Counted from the first letter of the whole stretch, positions 47,507-60,294 are shown. The stretch is 63,609 bases of DNA, filler included, from Licmophora abbreviata (GCA_900291995.1; 10 parts of 10 records of this genome joined end to end with filler, not necessarily neighbours in it); one strand, 5' to 3'. A program made the numbers and translations. Notes: generated by a model not told the origin, from the letters alone.

Positions 47507-50500
47507 CTACGGTAGACAGAAACCAAAACAACAGAGGATTCCGTCTTTTCGCTCGGGCGAAGCCATTAACTCATGCGGTGCTGCACTTCTGTCCATCCAG
47601 ATATCCTGTGCTTCGCCAGAAACCGAGGACTCGCTTCCAAGCCCCATTGCCATCTGCAGAGCCCTGGAGCCTAATCCTCCACTGTGATTCTTTAGAAGTT
47701 CGGTCGAGACCGTCGGAACTTTCTCAAACCGAAAGCCGGAATGTTCATGAGAAAGTTTCAACTGTGAATGACGAAAATGGGAGCAAGTGAAGAGAACTTA
47801 GCGTAAGAATGGATCACTGTTGTCGCGGCGCAGAACGACGCTTCCAAACATACCATTACATGGGACGCTTCATCATCCATTGCTCCAGTCAGTCCTGACT
47901 CCAGTCCAACCGGCATTCCCTTTTTCTGAAGTAGCGAGGCCCTGTGAGTTAGTGATCTGATTGCGAACGTAGGAAACATCTACCTTCGTTCACCTACCTT
48001 CGACCAGAAATCGTCGTCCGTCACTCGTACAAAGAAGTAGACACGGTTCGCTAGCTCGCACTTGAGAACTGTCTTTCCTGAGTCATCAATGATTTCATTT
48101 TCTCTCAGCCCCGCTGGCGAGAGCCTATCCAGGTCGTTGCGAAAATCAAGACCGGTCTCCTCGAAAAGTTCCCTTGCTGCCCCCATCTTCGCGGCCACTA
48201 AGAGCTGATTCTTGTAATCCGAAAACTTGCGAGCTGCAGCAAGAAACTCGGGCTCGTCGACATGACCTCCCGGAAGCTGGAAGTGAGGACCTTTCTCAAC
48301 CTTGCGCGTGCAATGGAGCAGCAGCAATCCATACAAATCGTGAACTATATAACGAGCGATCGATAAAGGATTTGAGCAAATGAAATCAGTGATGGAGTTG
48401 CCACATGAACCAAATAAGCGGCAATCGTACCGACAAAGACAAACCCGCGGAAATCAGAGTGCTTGTAATCCACCGTAACTGTTGGAGGCTCGTCGATAGT
48501 GGCCATCATTGAGAGGTCTTCGTCCCGTTCATATGCGGAGGGCGACTTTCTCTCGGGAAACTTGATAGCTCCGTTTCTCAGGGCCAGAAATAGAGCTTTG
48601 GAACCGTTTCCACCACTATGCACCTTCAGCAACTCCACGGACGTAGTCGGAAGCCGCTCGAACTTGAAGCCAGAATGCTCCACAGACAGTTTTAGCTAAG
48701 GGAGCAACGCACATATATATTTCAATCAGGTTAGCTTTGGCCACTCCAAGTCGATTCTTGCGACATTTGAACTCACCATCAAGTGCGACCCCTCCTTATC
48801 CATCGCTCCTGTTAGCCGCACTTTCGGATCGATGTTTCCGTCCTGCGTCGATAACATCGTGTCAGTTACTGGTAAGTGATTTCCTGGTATCGCGACGCAG
48901 GGCAACGTACCTTTGTCCAAAAGTCGTTATCTGAAATCTCCAGGCAAAAGTATAATCGATTCTTCAACTCGCACAGCATCTGGGTCCCACCTTTCATGTC
49001 CTTCTCTACTGAGCTGCGAAGTGTCGCCGGTTGGAGTCTGTTCAGATTTCTCCTCACATCCAGCCCAGTCTCTTCGAAGAGCTCTCGAGCGGCCCCCATT
49101 CTGGAAGCCGTGATCAGTTGCGTATCGTGATCGGATGAGGAGCGTGCTGGAAGAGCCCGTCAACGAAATAAAAAGTGAGTAGAAATCCTCATCTCAGTGC
49201 AGTTCGGAGATGGTGGCGCAACTCACCTGCCGCCAGGAATTCGTGTTCGTCTATGTGACCTCCTGGTAGTTGAAAGTGGGGACCCTTACTTCTCTTCCGT
49301 GTGCAGTGCAGCAGCAACAAACCATATGTGTCATGCACTAGTGAAGAAAAGGGAAGAAAAAGGTGATACGGTTAGCAAGCATCACAAGTGAGCGAAAACG
49401 GTAAAGAAATGAGCAGCGTACCAGCAAAGACAAAACCACGATAGTCAACACTTGCGTAGTTCACAAGAACGGGAGACGTCTCGCTAAGACCTGAGTTCTG
49501 ATACACTGGTTCCTCTGTTGATACAGCCGACGGTGCACAGATTCCAGGAACATCCCGAATGAAGTCCTCGTCGATGTGAGCGGTTGGGGTCAGCGCTTCG
49601 CGTATCTCGCCTGCCAACACATCAGCCTTGGCAGGGTTGTCTGTTGGACTGTCCTCGGCTTCTGTTGTTCGGGAAGAATCTTCTGACAGTGCCGCCGTGT
49701 CCAGCAATGATGGGACCGAATTACCATAATGGGACTCAGATTCAAACTTGAAATCGCGTTCGCCAGCCTGCCTCCTGTCCAACTCCGCTGGTGATACAGC
49801 TTCCTGGGTTTCGATATTCTTGTCAACGAAATATCCATGGGATGGCTCAATATTTCCAGAATCGGTTAAATATGGCTCACGCTTCCCACTAGGAGATTCT
49901 CCGTTTGTGTGCGCGTCGTTCCAGGACGCGGCTGACGACATGCGTGTTTCAAACTCCGTAGTCCCTTCACCTTCCTGACCAGGAGATATGTTGTACGAAT
50001 GCGACTGCGAGAAAGTCTCGTCATGCAGCAACAAACTTTGAGGAGCCATGTTCTCAGACGTGTGGGCTGGCTCAGGATCGGTGTGCTCTGTTTCTTTCGC
50101 TCCGGTTAAGACATCGATTATCGACAAATCCGTTTCTTCTGTTTCCATATTTTCAGGGTGCTTGTCCTCGACTGATTTCTGGTCTGCCGAAATATCCATG
50201 GTCAACGATGTCGAAAGAATAAGTCGGTCATTGCTCGTTTGTTTACCGATATCGGCTTGCTCGGGAGAGTTCGCCTCCACTGTGTCGGGAGTGCTGAGAG
50301 TCCCTTCACTCCGTCGTGAGAGTCCGTCCGCTTCTACGATTGCCAATTCAGGACTCTGGATCGGAAAAGGGAGTGAATCCTCAGCCCCTCCATTCATATC
50401 ATCCTGCTCGGAAGATGTCAGGTCCGGAAAAGACATCTGAGACCTCTCAGGGAGCTGTTCGTCATCTGCGTCCGTCATGTCAGGTGTGTCGATAGCCGAC

Positions 50501-53010
50501 GAAACTGATGGCGTCTGGAGCTCTTGGATGTCCTGTTCACTTTTTTGTAAATCGGAACACCCTGTCTCGCACTCCGCACCGCTATTCCCAAGCAGGTGAA
50601 AACTCGTGATAGAAGACGAACTCGATGCTGCAGAAACTATCGTTTGGTTATCATCTGGTGCTTGCGCGTATTCCTCGCTTTCCTGACAGTTCGTCTTTCT
50701 GTCAACGTCCGTCTGAGATGCAAAGAGCGGAGACGGTGAAGGAATAAAGTTGTCTCCTTCGACTTGTGGATCGAGCCTGTAATCCAACTTATCTTGCCCA
50801 AGCCCTGCCGCGGCGGGAACGTACGAATCTGAGAAAGTTTCAGACACTTCGTCCTCGGTCGTCTGAAGAGGCTGTGCCTTAGAGTCTTGAAGACGATCAA
50901 GATTGTCGTCAGCCAAACTAACTGATTGCTTCGAGTCAACCAACACGGAGTGCCTTGTGTCCGAGCAAATCGTAGTGCCGTTCGAGCACTCTTCCTGTGC
51001 GCCCACACTCTCACTGGGGAGGATGGTCAACTTTTCACGGACTCCGCTGCTCACGATAGTGGCCTCCGAGATCTCTTGTATTGGCAAAGCTTCGGCTTCC
51101 AAACTGGGCGCCAAAGTCCCAGCACTGGAGATTGTGGTGTCCAACCTGGTGGAGGCCTCCGGATTTTCGTCGGAAACTGAACCCGACTGAGGAATGCCCA
51201 TAATGTCGAGATCCTCGTTGGTGTATGGGGCGTTGACAGCAGCCGGAGCAGGAGAGCATTCAGCTTGGAAATCAATGGCAGCTCCCGTCGGCATACCTTC
51301 AACGCAGTCGGGCTCCACTTCAACAGAGCTGGTTACTGCAACCAGCGAGCAAAGTTTCGTTCCATGAACAGAATCCCTGGAGATATTGTTTTCATCACCT
51401 TCCGTAGCTGTAGATAAATCGGACATGTCACCAGTGTCGATCACCCCCGATACTTGATGATCATTCCTGCCCCTCTTGACCTCGAGCACAACTCCGGATT
51501 CGTCAAGGACAGAACCTCTCCACGTCTCGCCGTTGCTGATCTCTTTTGCTGGCTGAGCAAACTTAGGTTCAGCACTAAAAGATTTTAGCCCACTGTCCAC
51601 GGGACGATAGTCTTCTTCCGTGCTGTCGACGGGTGCAGCCTTTTCCTCCACTTTCCTGTCGAGTGTGTTCCTCTCACAGTTGACACCTTTGGCAACTGTG
51701 CCCGATCGTGGCGAGACTGGCTCCTCCGTGGCAATTGGCACTTGCGAAATACATGTCTCATCTCTTCGGCTTACTTTGGATGGGTACAGAGCGGGGCTTG
51801 CCATGTCGTCATTCCAAAGGGTAGGCTCATAAGAAATAATCTCAGTTGCCCTTTCCGACGTCGCACAAAAAGAGTCACTTGTACTCTCAAAGCTGGAAGA
51901 GAATTCAGAATCGTCAAGAGAGCAATCGATACCAGTCTGGACCGCATCTTGGCCAGGCACCTGATTCATTAGCGTAGTGTCTTCTTGCTCCGCACGATCT
52001 CGCAATGGATCGCCCTCCACAGAGCTCACTTGATCGTCCCAAAGTGTCGCCACATACGGCACGAGTCCACTAGCTCTGACCGAGCTCGAATCGCCAACAC
52101 TGCCGTCAGATGATTCAGTCTGCAAGTCACTCGACTGTGGTGCTTTCCACATCGTCGACGACGGGCCTAACATTTTCATTTCAGGCTGAGTTTGTTCTGC
52201 ACCCTTTCCTGATTGCGTAAAGATCGACTCCGCTGCCGAATCTGGCGTTGGCTTGGAACCGCTCGCCGACGCACCATAGCTTTTTGAGACAGTCGACAAG
52301 TACGAAACCGTTCGCGCCGCGACAGGTGTCGTTACAATTGTCTTCTCATAGGAAATGCCCCGCATGGGATGTGCCATCATGACTTGTTGTTTCACCTTGC
52401 GTTTCGGGTTCTGACTCTGCATGGCAAGGTAGGCTGCCGCGGCGGCTCGATCCGCTGCAGCGTGTGTTCGGGACGACGTTTCACTCGATGCGGGAGACCT
52501 CGATTCTTTTTCAGCGCTGTTATTGATACCTGACCATTTTGTTGCCTCCGATACAGCCGCTACCTTGGCTTTCACTGAACCCTCGGCGACGACCGGCATG
52601 TCCTTGGTTATGCTGCTGGACGACGCGTCTGCACGCGCAGAAGACCGCTTCGCGACAGACGTCCTGTCAAGCATGGCAAGATAGGAGACTGCGGCAGCTC
52701 GATCCGCCACCGAGGTATCGGAGTGACTATATCGCTGCCTTTTCTGTTTGTTGGAAGTTTCCATCTTCGGGGACGGCGTTGCCACTACGGGTCTGTTTCG
52801 AAAGTCGTGAAGCTGTTTTGCAGCTTGACCTCGTTTCAATTTTTGGTCGTCGCGACTTGCCTTTTGTCGCATGTGAAAGTCTGAGAGACTGCCTACGGGA
52901 CGAGGGCCTTCGTTGTTACCGAGGGAAGCTCTCAGCTCAGCCACCACAGACGTGTGGGGTGACGCCGACGAGGAGACGTTGTGGTCCTGAGCTCCGTTGT
53001 CGTCGTCCAT
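47507..53010 (-). CDS. Large protein: ~1200-aa disordered acidic/Ser-rich region followed by two tandem Nudix hydrolase domains, 8 exons
   Basis: LPGGH(I/V)DE...AARELFEETGLD occurs twice. Introns at 49338-49421, 49147-49226, 48843-48910, 48696-48776, 48345-48430, 47926-47997 and 47762-47853. Confidence 0.8.
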
Positions 53011-53538
53011 GTTTAGACTTGCCGTTGCCGTCGCTTGGGACAAAGAAACAACTTTCTGCTCTGGTGCTGTTGGAAAGTGGGCAAAATTGTAAGATCAAAT
53101 ACCGACTTCGATTCCCGCAAACATTTACAAGCAAGACTTACAAACCACGAGTGGGGGGGATTCGATGAGAAATTCGTCGACGACTTGAGATTTCACTTCC
53201 TTCATTTCAGCGTCCGCTGAAGGCGCTATATCCTTCGTCAATGACCGACTTGATCCCTCCATTCCACTTTTGGTCCGTTCTTTGGTGAGTAATTCTTGGA
53301 TGTGTGCCCTATCAAGATGGCACCCCCTCTCAATTCAACATTGGATCCGGAGGAGGATTACGAGTAGACGCACAACCACATTGATGGCAAAGGCGAGGAC
53401 TCGTTCCGAGCTGAAACTTTGTGGTGCTGGCGTGCATAAACTAAGACGCACGCCATCGCCAGTCTATGTCTCTGTAGATAAGTAATAAAAACGCATATAC
53501 ACATTTGAAAATGATCTTAATTGATTAGATTCACTCGA

Positions 53539-53595
53539 CTCGACTCACTCGAATCGCCAGCCTTCGCCTCGCCTTCACCGCAAGAGTGAGTCGAG
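53539..53595. repeat. 12-bp perfect inverted repeat with 33-nt spacer in intergenic DNA
   Basis: CTCGACTCACTC at 53539-53550 and GAGTGAGTCGAG at 53584-53595. Confidence 0.6.
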
Positions 53596-54022
53596 AGTCG
53601 CACACATGCAGTAGACCAAGGTACACAACCGGTCAACACACTCAACATGTGAACCCATGAAGATGCGCTAGAAGATGACACCTAGAGTAGTGGTCTCTTG
53701 TCATATCAACTGTAGGGTTCAGAGCTTTTAAGGTACAAAATAGTAAACCTACAAAAGCAACTACTGTAACTCTTTACCGCGCCATGCCTGCATACTACAT
53801 GGAAGTGGCTGCCATCTACCGCTACGATCCAGTGTCGAGATCTTTGCAACAAGGCGATTCACACGGTAACAGAGTACCAGTGTCACTTTATTCTTACTGG
53901 AAGGGAGAGGCAATGGAGAGATCAGCATGTTGTTCCTCATCTTGCCCCAAATTTCTGTCGCATTCACCATTCACAGTATGCCGCCAACCCCTAAACAGGA
54001 AACGCCGCCTCCAAAGACCTCG

Positions 54023-54201
54023 CTAAACGACATCAATCGGATTCGCAGTCAATGGAACTAGTTCCGTTTCCACACCATGTGCACCTTCTCCGGCGGGATC
54101 ATCGTCATCAGTGCCCGTCGTGGCGCTCGTTCGTCGCCCAGCCTTGCGCTGATCAAAGAGACTGGCAGTGACCACCTTTTGCTTTCGCACCGAGAACAGT
54201 G
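54023..54201 (-). CDS. 3' end of an unidentified gene truncated by gap
   Basis: Open frame from the gap: LFSVRKQKVVTASLFDQRK...ETELVPLTANPIDVV*. Confidence 0.4.
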
Positions 54202-54301
54202 NNNNNNNNNNNNNNNNNNNNNNNNNNNNNNNNNNNNNNNNNNNNTTAATTAATTAANNNNNNNNNNNNNNNNNNNNNNNNNNNNNNNNNNNNNNNNNNN
54301 N
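54202..54301. other. Artificial spacer/gap
   Basis: 44N-TTAATTAATTAA-44N. Confidence 0.97.
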
Positions 54302-54732
54302 GCGGCAAAAAAATGAAACAAAATGTGTGCCTGTGTAGAGTCCTACAGTCTCGTGGTACCATCGTACAAAAAGTACAGCGTGTTTCTACACAGACCTACC
54401 GATTAGAGATAGGGATATCCTGCAGGTTCACTCTTGCTGAATGCAAGAATCGCAAAGACGCGTCGTCGACGACGATGTTGTCGCGTCAGCTCTGTGTTCT
54501 CATTACGCAACAATAAACCTGCGCCAGCCTCTTTGTTTCATCTACAAAGTGTATCTGTGGGTGGGAAGAGCGAGTCCGGGTGATAAAGTTACTTTTTTGA
54601 AGTCTCAAAAGAAAGATATACTTCAAAGCATAAGATATCGGAAGTGACCGTGTGTCTCTCGTTTGACGAACGTGCGCTGACATTCATTTCAAAGAGTTTC
54701 GTTGTGTTTCGTTTATACTAAGACTGTCAATG

Positions 54733-57062
54733 TCAGCTGAATTGTCGCTTACGTTTCAATATGACACCGTACGTGCTGGTTGTGTTTCGAAACAACCCAC
54801 GTAATTCTTTGCAAACTTTCTGAAACTTCGGGGTCACCAGGAACAGCTTCGAGTCTTTGCCAACCGCAATCATGCTGATTCTCTGTTTGCTCACTGACTC
54901 GTATTCTTTGTAATATCGCTTGTATTCGGATGACGAAATTTCCGATGCCGGACTCAATCGGAGCGGCTCGGCGGACCATCGTCCCGATCGCAGCTTCTCT
55001 GAGATGAAAGTTACAAATTCGTCAATCTTTAATCGACCTTTCTCCTTTAAAGTATCCGGAAGGATCCCGTCTAGTGATGATGCGGTTTCATCCTCTTGCT
55101 GAAACGCCGCTTTGAATTTGAACTTGGAAACAGTGATTGCAAACACATTGCCACCGGAAACGCTCTTAATGAACGTACCCTCTGTCGGTGACGACCGAAA
55201 TGGCGCTGGAGGCGACGCGGTAGGTGCGGCTGCCGACATGATCGGCGGAGGTGGCGGTGGCAAGGGGGGTAGTTTCACAGCGGTCAGTGCCGCTTGTAGC
55301 TCTGCCGCGCTCGGAATGGGCACGCCCATCATGGACGGACTCGGTCCGCCGTCTTTCGCTGAACCGTCCGCCGCATACTGGATCGGTGTCGAGCTCGACG
55401 GGGCCGGCGGTGTGAGTCCGGAAGTAGAGGTTCGAGCCAGTTGCTGTATCCCCAGGGAAGATGCCATTGGCTTTTCCGGCATTGGGGATGCATCGAACAA
55501 GGGGGTAGTAGTGGATTTGAGTTTCGTCCCGATAATACTCTTGACGGAACCAGTCTTTTGGACTTTTTTGCTCGTGCCTGCATGTAGAGTGACGTTCTTC
55601 CGACCTGCCTGTTCTGCCCTGGCACGGGTTTGCCGCACTTCTTTGCTGGCAAGTTCTTCGGAAGTCATGCGGATCAGTTTCTCAATGCCAATTTCGCCGA
55701 GCAGAACACGAGGACACAATGTTGGATTCTTGAGGTCTTCCAGGTTGTGTTGCAGGCTCCGCACCTTGTCTCGGTATGCTTCGGTCGCGAAACCATTTTC
55801 GCGCCGGTTGGCCTCAAATACGGCGTTCTCCACCTCCCACGACTTCATGGCGCAAAAATGAGACATTTCGGAAGCGCTGGCACTTGTCTCGTCCATGCCC
55901 ATGATTTTCAGGCCCTTGCGAAGTGACTTTTCGACAATGGAACGAGCCTTGTCGCGAAATGTGTTTCCAATCGGGACATCCGTGCCGTGGCTTTTCGTGG
56001 TGTTGTCAAGCTTTCGTCGATTCAACAACGCATCCAAGAGGGAAAATCGATTGTCGACGACATTCGACGCCTCCTCGAAACATCGCTTCCTCATTGCCTT
56101 GAGAGTCGGCCCCCCTGGAATCTTAGACAGCTTCTGAGTGGACCACGACTCCAGAGATCGCTGCAGGTTGACCAGCCCAGTGATCGTATCACTGCGAGGC
56201 GCAACCACAAGTTTGTTGCAATCTTCTTCTAAAAGTCCAGACACTCGTTCGTGAAAACAGTACACTTGGAAAATTGAATCGGTGTCGCTTGCATCAGATT
56301 TCATAATTGGGGCGGCATCGCGCTGGAATAACTCCAATGTGTGGTTGACTAATTGATCCCATTGACCATGTTTTGCGAAGTCGGCCTTCAAGCATTCCAG
56401 AAGAAGAGGGCACCATCGAATAATTGTGCCACCCAGACTGTGATTGGCCCCACCCTTACCAATAACAACCGTCAGTTTCTCCGTCTGCTTATTTGTCGAA
56501 AGATAGATCCGGTGGTCAGAGAGCGTTTTACGAAGATCGTCTGTAATTTCGAGAAAAAGTCGATTCCCATCCGAGAGAAGTCGTTTTGCATCGTCGAACC
56601 GAATTATGAAACGCTCGGGACCATTGCTGTCGAGGGCCGCAGTAGTCACGACGGAATCCCGTACGTCTTCAATCCATCGAACCGCCCTGGAAATCCACTC
56701 AAAGGCATATTTTCCCGGCGTGTCTGCAAGAATATGAGTCGCCGTGCCGTCTAAGCACTCCATAGCGGTCTTCAGACTCGCAAACAGCGGGCTGCCAGTA
56801 AGGCGATATATTATGAACTGTCCGTTGCGACCTAGCAGAGAAAAAGACCCAGGGTAAGGAGCTTTGTCGGGCGATGCCCCGTCAAAGTCCTTGTCGAGCA
56901 GACACAAGAATTGGCGCTCGAAGTTGCGGGCGTGGGATAGCACGCTCTTTACGGAATCTTCTCTCGGCATAGAGACCCGCGCCAAGATTGGATGCTTGGC
57001 CAGCTGATCCAGTCTTGCGAGGTCAAGCCGAGGACCTGAGTCTTCGTCCGAGACAGCAGTTG
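54733..57062 (-). CDS. TFIIS central domain + SPOC domain protein (PHF3/DIDO/Bye1-like), 5' truncated
   Basis: YRDKVRSLQHNLEDLKNPTL..MTSEELAS (TFIIS_M), a proline-rich linker, and LPDTLKEKGRLKI (SPOC). Confidence 0.82.
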
Positions 57063-57162
57063 NNNNNNNNNNNNNNNNNNNNNNNNNNNNNNNNNNNNNN
57101 NNNNNNTTAATTAATTAANNNNNNNNNNNNNNNNNNNNNNNNNNNNNNNNNNNNNNNNNNNN
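57063..57162. other. Artificial spacer/gap
   Basis: 44N-TTAATTAATTAA-44N. Confidence 0.97.
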
Positions 57163-57603
57163 GGAACGGACTATTGCATTGTGAGGCCGGCGGGGTTGAA
57201 TGACAACTGGCCTTCGGGATGCCGCCCCGTGTTTAGTCAGGGCGATGTAGCAGTTGGGCGAATCAATCGCAAGGACGTTGCCTGCATTTTGGTGGATGTC
57301 TTGTCGACCCCCGAGGCAACTGGAAAGACGTTCGAGGCAATTGCGTTGGCTGGGTATCCCCCGGCGACGTCAATTGATGCTGCGCTGTCCAATCTCAATA
57401 CGGACAAGCAAGGCCTCCCTTCCAAGGAGGCGATCATGGGAACTTATTTGACCATGCAGCAGCTGCTACCAGGAGAGAAACAGGACTCTGCGGGTCTTGC
57501 TATGGGACAAACATATGAGCAGTTGGATCGTGAAGAAACTGGTAGGTTCGGAAAGCGAGGAGAGGAAGTGATCGAAAACATCCCAACACGACCATCCTCT
57601 TGA
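57163..57603 (+). CDS. NAD(P)-binding Rossmann-fold (atypical SDR, Tic62/Ycf39-like) C-terminal fragment
   Basis: DYCIVRPAGLND, QGD..VGRINRKDVA, GKTFE. Confidence 0.75.
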   Translation, partial: GTDYCIVRPAGLNDNWPSGCRPVFSQGDVAVGRINRKDVACILVDVLSTPEATGKTFEAIALAGYPPATSIDAALSNLNTDKQGLPSKEAIMGTYLTMQQLLPGEKQDSAGLAMGQTYEQLDREETGRFGKRGEEVIENIPTRPSS

Positions 57604-57901
57604 CGCGTATCAGCTACGCTTATGTTTGACCTTATGAGGATGGTTTGAACATACTCAATAGTATAGATTTGCAGCTCAGGAGTACATCTAGAGAGTTGAC
57701 TGAGGCAAACTGTGTCACACTCTTTCTATAGCTTGACTTCATCTGACTCCTTCGACTACATCGGAGGGCCGCGTCGCAAAAGAGTTGTAACAGCGACCAC
57801 ACTCACATTGAACATGAGACGGCGCATTGCGAACAAGGCGACGGCAAGATACACGACGATATACCCCAAAAGCCAAGAAGAGAGCAGGGATTGTCAAGAT
57901 T

Positions 57902-59099
57902 ATGGAGGAACCGCAACAAGGAAATGCCCCTCAGGAGCAGATGGATGCCGTTTTGGATGCGGCGCTCGATGAGTTGGACGACGATGATGATGATTTTCTG
58001 ATGGCGTCGCCATCATTGAGACCCGAGGAAGAAGCAGCATCCGCGACGATCCCTGTTAGCGCAGCGTCCAAGAATGCGTCGATTATCCCACCTCAGGAGG
58101 GACCCACACGACCCCCAGTAGCTGCTGGCAATGTCCCACCAGGGGGAGAAATGTATGAGAAAGCCCTGGACGACATGATGAAGCAACTGTCGTCGTCGGG
58201 GGGAGGTGACGACTCGGCCGAAGCTGCGCTGGGGGCCTTCGTACAACAAATTCAATCACAGTTAGTGTCGGAAATGCAAGAGACAAATTCGAGGGGGCAT
58301 TATCAAGCTCCACCTAATACTCCGGCTTCGCCACCGATATCTGCTTCCAAACCCCCTGCTACGAGTTCGACTACAGACACTGATGCTGTCTCTGACGAGG
58401 ACGACGTCAACCGCACCATCTCAAAGCTTATGGAAGACATGTCCATGCCATCAGAAGAGTCGACTGCAGGCACAGTTGATGCCGAGGAAGCTCTATTGAA
58501 CGACATGATGAAAGGTTTTGAAAACATGGGGGACTTTAGCTCCGACGATGTGATTGATGGTATGATGAAGCAGCTTTTGTCGAAGGACCTCATGTACGAA
58601 CCAATGAAGCAAGTGACAGAAAAGTTCCCGGCGTGGTTGGAAGAACACAAGGGTGAATTATCAGATCAAGACTTTCAACAGTGAGTGTGCACCGTTGATG
58701 GCTTTGTCGCATCGATTCGTAAGCCCCGCCCCGCGCGCTCACCCACTACTGCACACGCGCTGTCTTCTTGCAATCAAAAGGCGGACACATCAGTATGAAA
58801 GCTTTCGGCAGCTGATACGAGTCTATGAGCAAGAGCCGGAAAATACTGAAAGGCTAATGGAGCTGATGCAGGAAGCGCAAGAGTACGTTGCGCTGACAAC
58901 ACAACGAAGAGGGACATACCGAGCGCTGCGTCTCATCCCCCTGTCAACTTGAATCACTTGCCATTGCAGGTTTGGCCAGCCGCCACCAGAAATAATCCAA
59001 GACATTGCACCTGGGCTGGAACTCGATGCAGAGGGGCTACCACAAATCAATGGAAATGGAGAGAACCCGTTTGGAAACGAAGAGTGCAGAATTATGTAA
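57902..59099 (+). CDS. PEX19: Peroxin 19, 3 exons
   Basis: N-terminal LDAALDEL, MMKQLLSKDLMYEPMK..FPAWL, GQPPPEII, and C-terminal CaaX CRIM*. Confidence 0.92.
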
Positions 59100-59115
59100 G
59101 GGAGGGGAATCCGAG

Positions 59116-60294
59116 TTAACTGTTCGTTTGAATGTCGATACGCCAGAGGTCGCCGAGCCGCTTCGGATTGGCGTCGTCTCCTGAAAGTCCACCATAGATG
59201 AACATCGTGCCACCCCCTCTGCCGTCGTCAAAGCTTGCGCCATCGGACCATCCCCTCGTTTCCGGGACTGGACCAGGGCCAATGCGCATCGTTTCCAAGT
59301 GCCTTCCCGAGCTCTCGTCTAGTACAACGAGGTCGTTCTCAAATCCACCGGCCCCTTCATGGCCTCGTTCCGATGGATCAACTTCTCCGCCAAAAAGAAG
59401 GCATACCCCCGCCGATGGAAATGAACCAGAGACGCAGACACTTCGCGGGCGCAGTCCTTGGAGTTTCTCCGTCAGAGCCGACTCATCCCATGTTCCCTTG
59501 GCAAGATCGAAACGGTGACCGTCGGCAGTCTCTTCGCCTGCAAAGCCAGCAACTACTGCCAAGGCTGTACGCGAGGATAAAACTAGCAGATTGGCTCCGC
59601 CGCGGCCTCGTAAAAGCGGCGAAGCGGACATATCATGCCACGTCCTGTCGGCGAGATTGAACCGATGAAGATCCGCTAGACGTCCGTTCGCGCCGCACCC
59701 TCCAAACACATAGAGATTCGTTCCAACGCATACCATACGATGGAACGATCGCGGTTCTGGTGTCGGTCCGCTCTTGTCACTGGGTTCGACCAGAGTCCAT
59801 TTCTCGGTACCAGGAGCTCCCGAGGCATCAAGCTTGTAAAGATCATTCATTGCTTTCTCGCCCATCGTGATCCCCGCTCGACCACCGAAAATGTACACTT
59901 CCTTATCATTGTACACTGCTTGAGCATGAGCCACACGGGGCGGGGGCTTGGTGGGACAGTCAAGTCGCCGCCACTGAAATGTTTGCTGTGCCTCGTTCCA
60001 GGTGGCAGCCCATGTCGACCCATCGTCCGAGATTGGAGTGCGTGCGACGTTCTCGCCGCCGTGAAGGATCAATCGAGACCCATTCAAAATTGCGGAGAAC
60101 CCATGGGAGCTGCGATCACAGGGACGCCCATGCCTTGGATCAAGGAGGGGCTGGAGCTTCTGGCATGTGATTGTCTTGGCTCGTGTCATCGCCATCGTGG
60201 TGTCAAAAATGATCATCGAAATGTCCTTTCTGCGGACCAGAATATCCTTCTCGCGCGAAAGAGACCCGTCACGCGCGATGACGAGTCTCATCAT
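59116..60294 (-). CDS. Kelch-repeat protein, nitrile-specifier protein (NSP5)-like
   Basis: RSSH, PRVAH, PRSFH, RGGA, RSV, FGGEVDPSERGHEGAG, RGW. Start codon uncertain. Confidence 0.8.
   Translation of the reverse strand: MMRLVIARDGSLSREKDILVRRKDISMIIFDTTMAMTRAKTITCQKLQPLLDPRHGRPCDRSSHGFSAILNGSRLILHGGENVARTPISDDGSTWAATWNEAQQTFQWRRLDCPTKPPPRVAHAQAVYNDKEVYIFGGRAGITMGEKAMNDLYKLDASGAPGTEKWTLVEPSDKSGPTPEPRSFHRMVCVGTNLYVFGGCGANGRLADLHRFNLADRTWHDMSASPLLRGRGGANLLVLSSRTALAVVAGFAGEETADGHRFDLAKGTWDESALTEKLQGLRPRSVCVSGSFPSAGVCLLFGGEVDPSERGHEGAGGFENDLVVLDESSGRHLETMRIGPGPVPETRGWSDGASFDDGRGGGTMFIYGGLSGDDANPKRLGDLWRIDIQTNS

Noticed and set aside
55112..55861. 249-aa Gly-rich antisense ORF, and many similar shadow ORFs
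   Set aside because: It mirrors the Pro-rich sense-strand CDS. Shadow ORFs are expected at this GC content.
3153..57062. Co-occurrence of Pol II elongation factors (NELF-B-like, Elongin C, TFIIS-SPOC)
   Set aside because: They are separated by tens of kb and several gaps, so the co-occurrence is likely coincidental.
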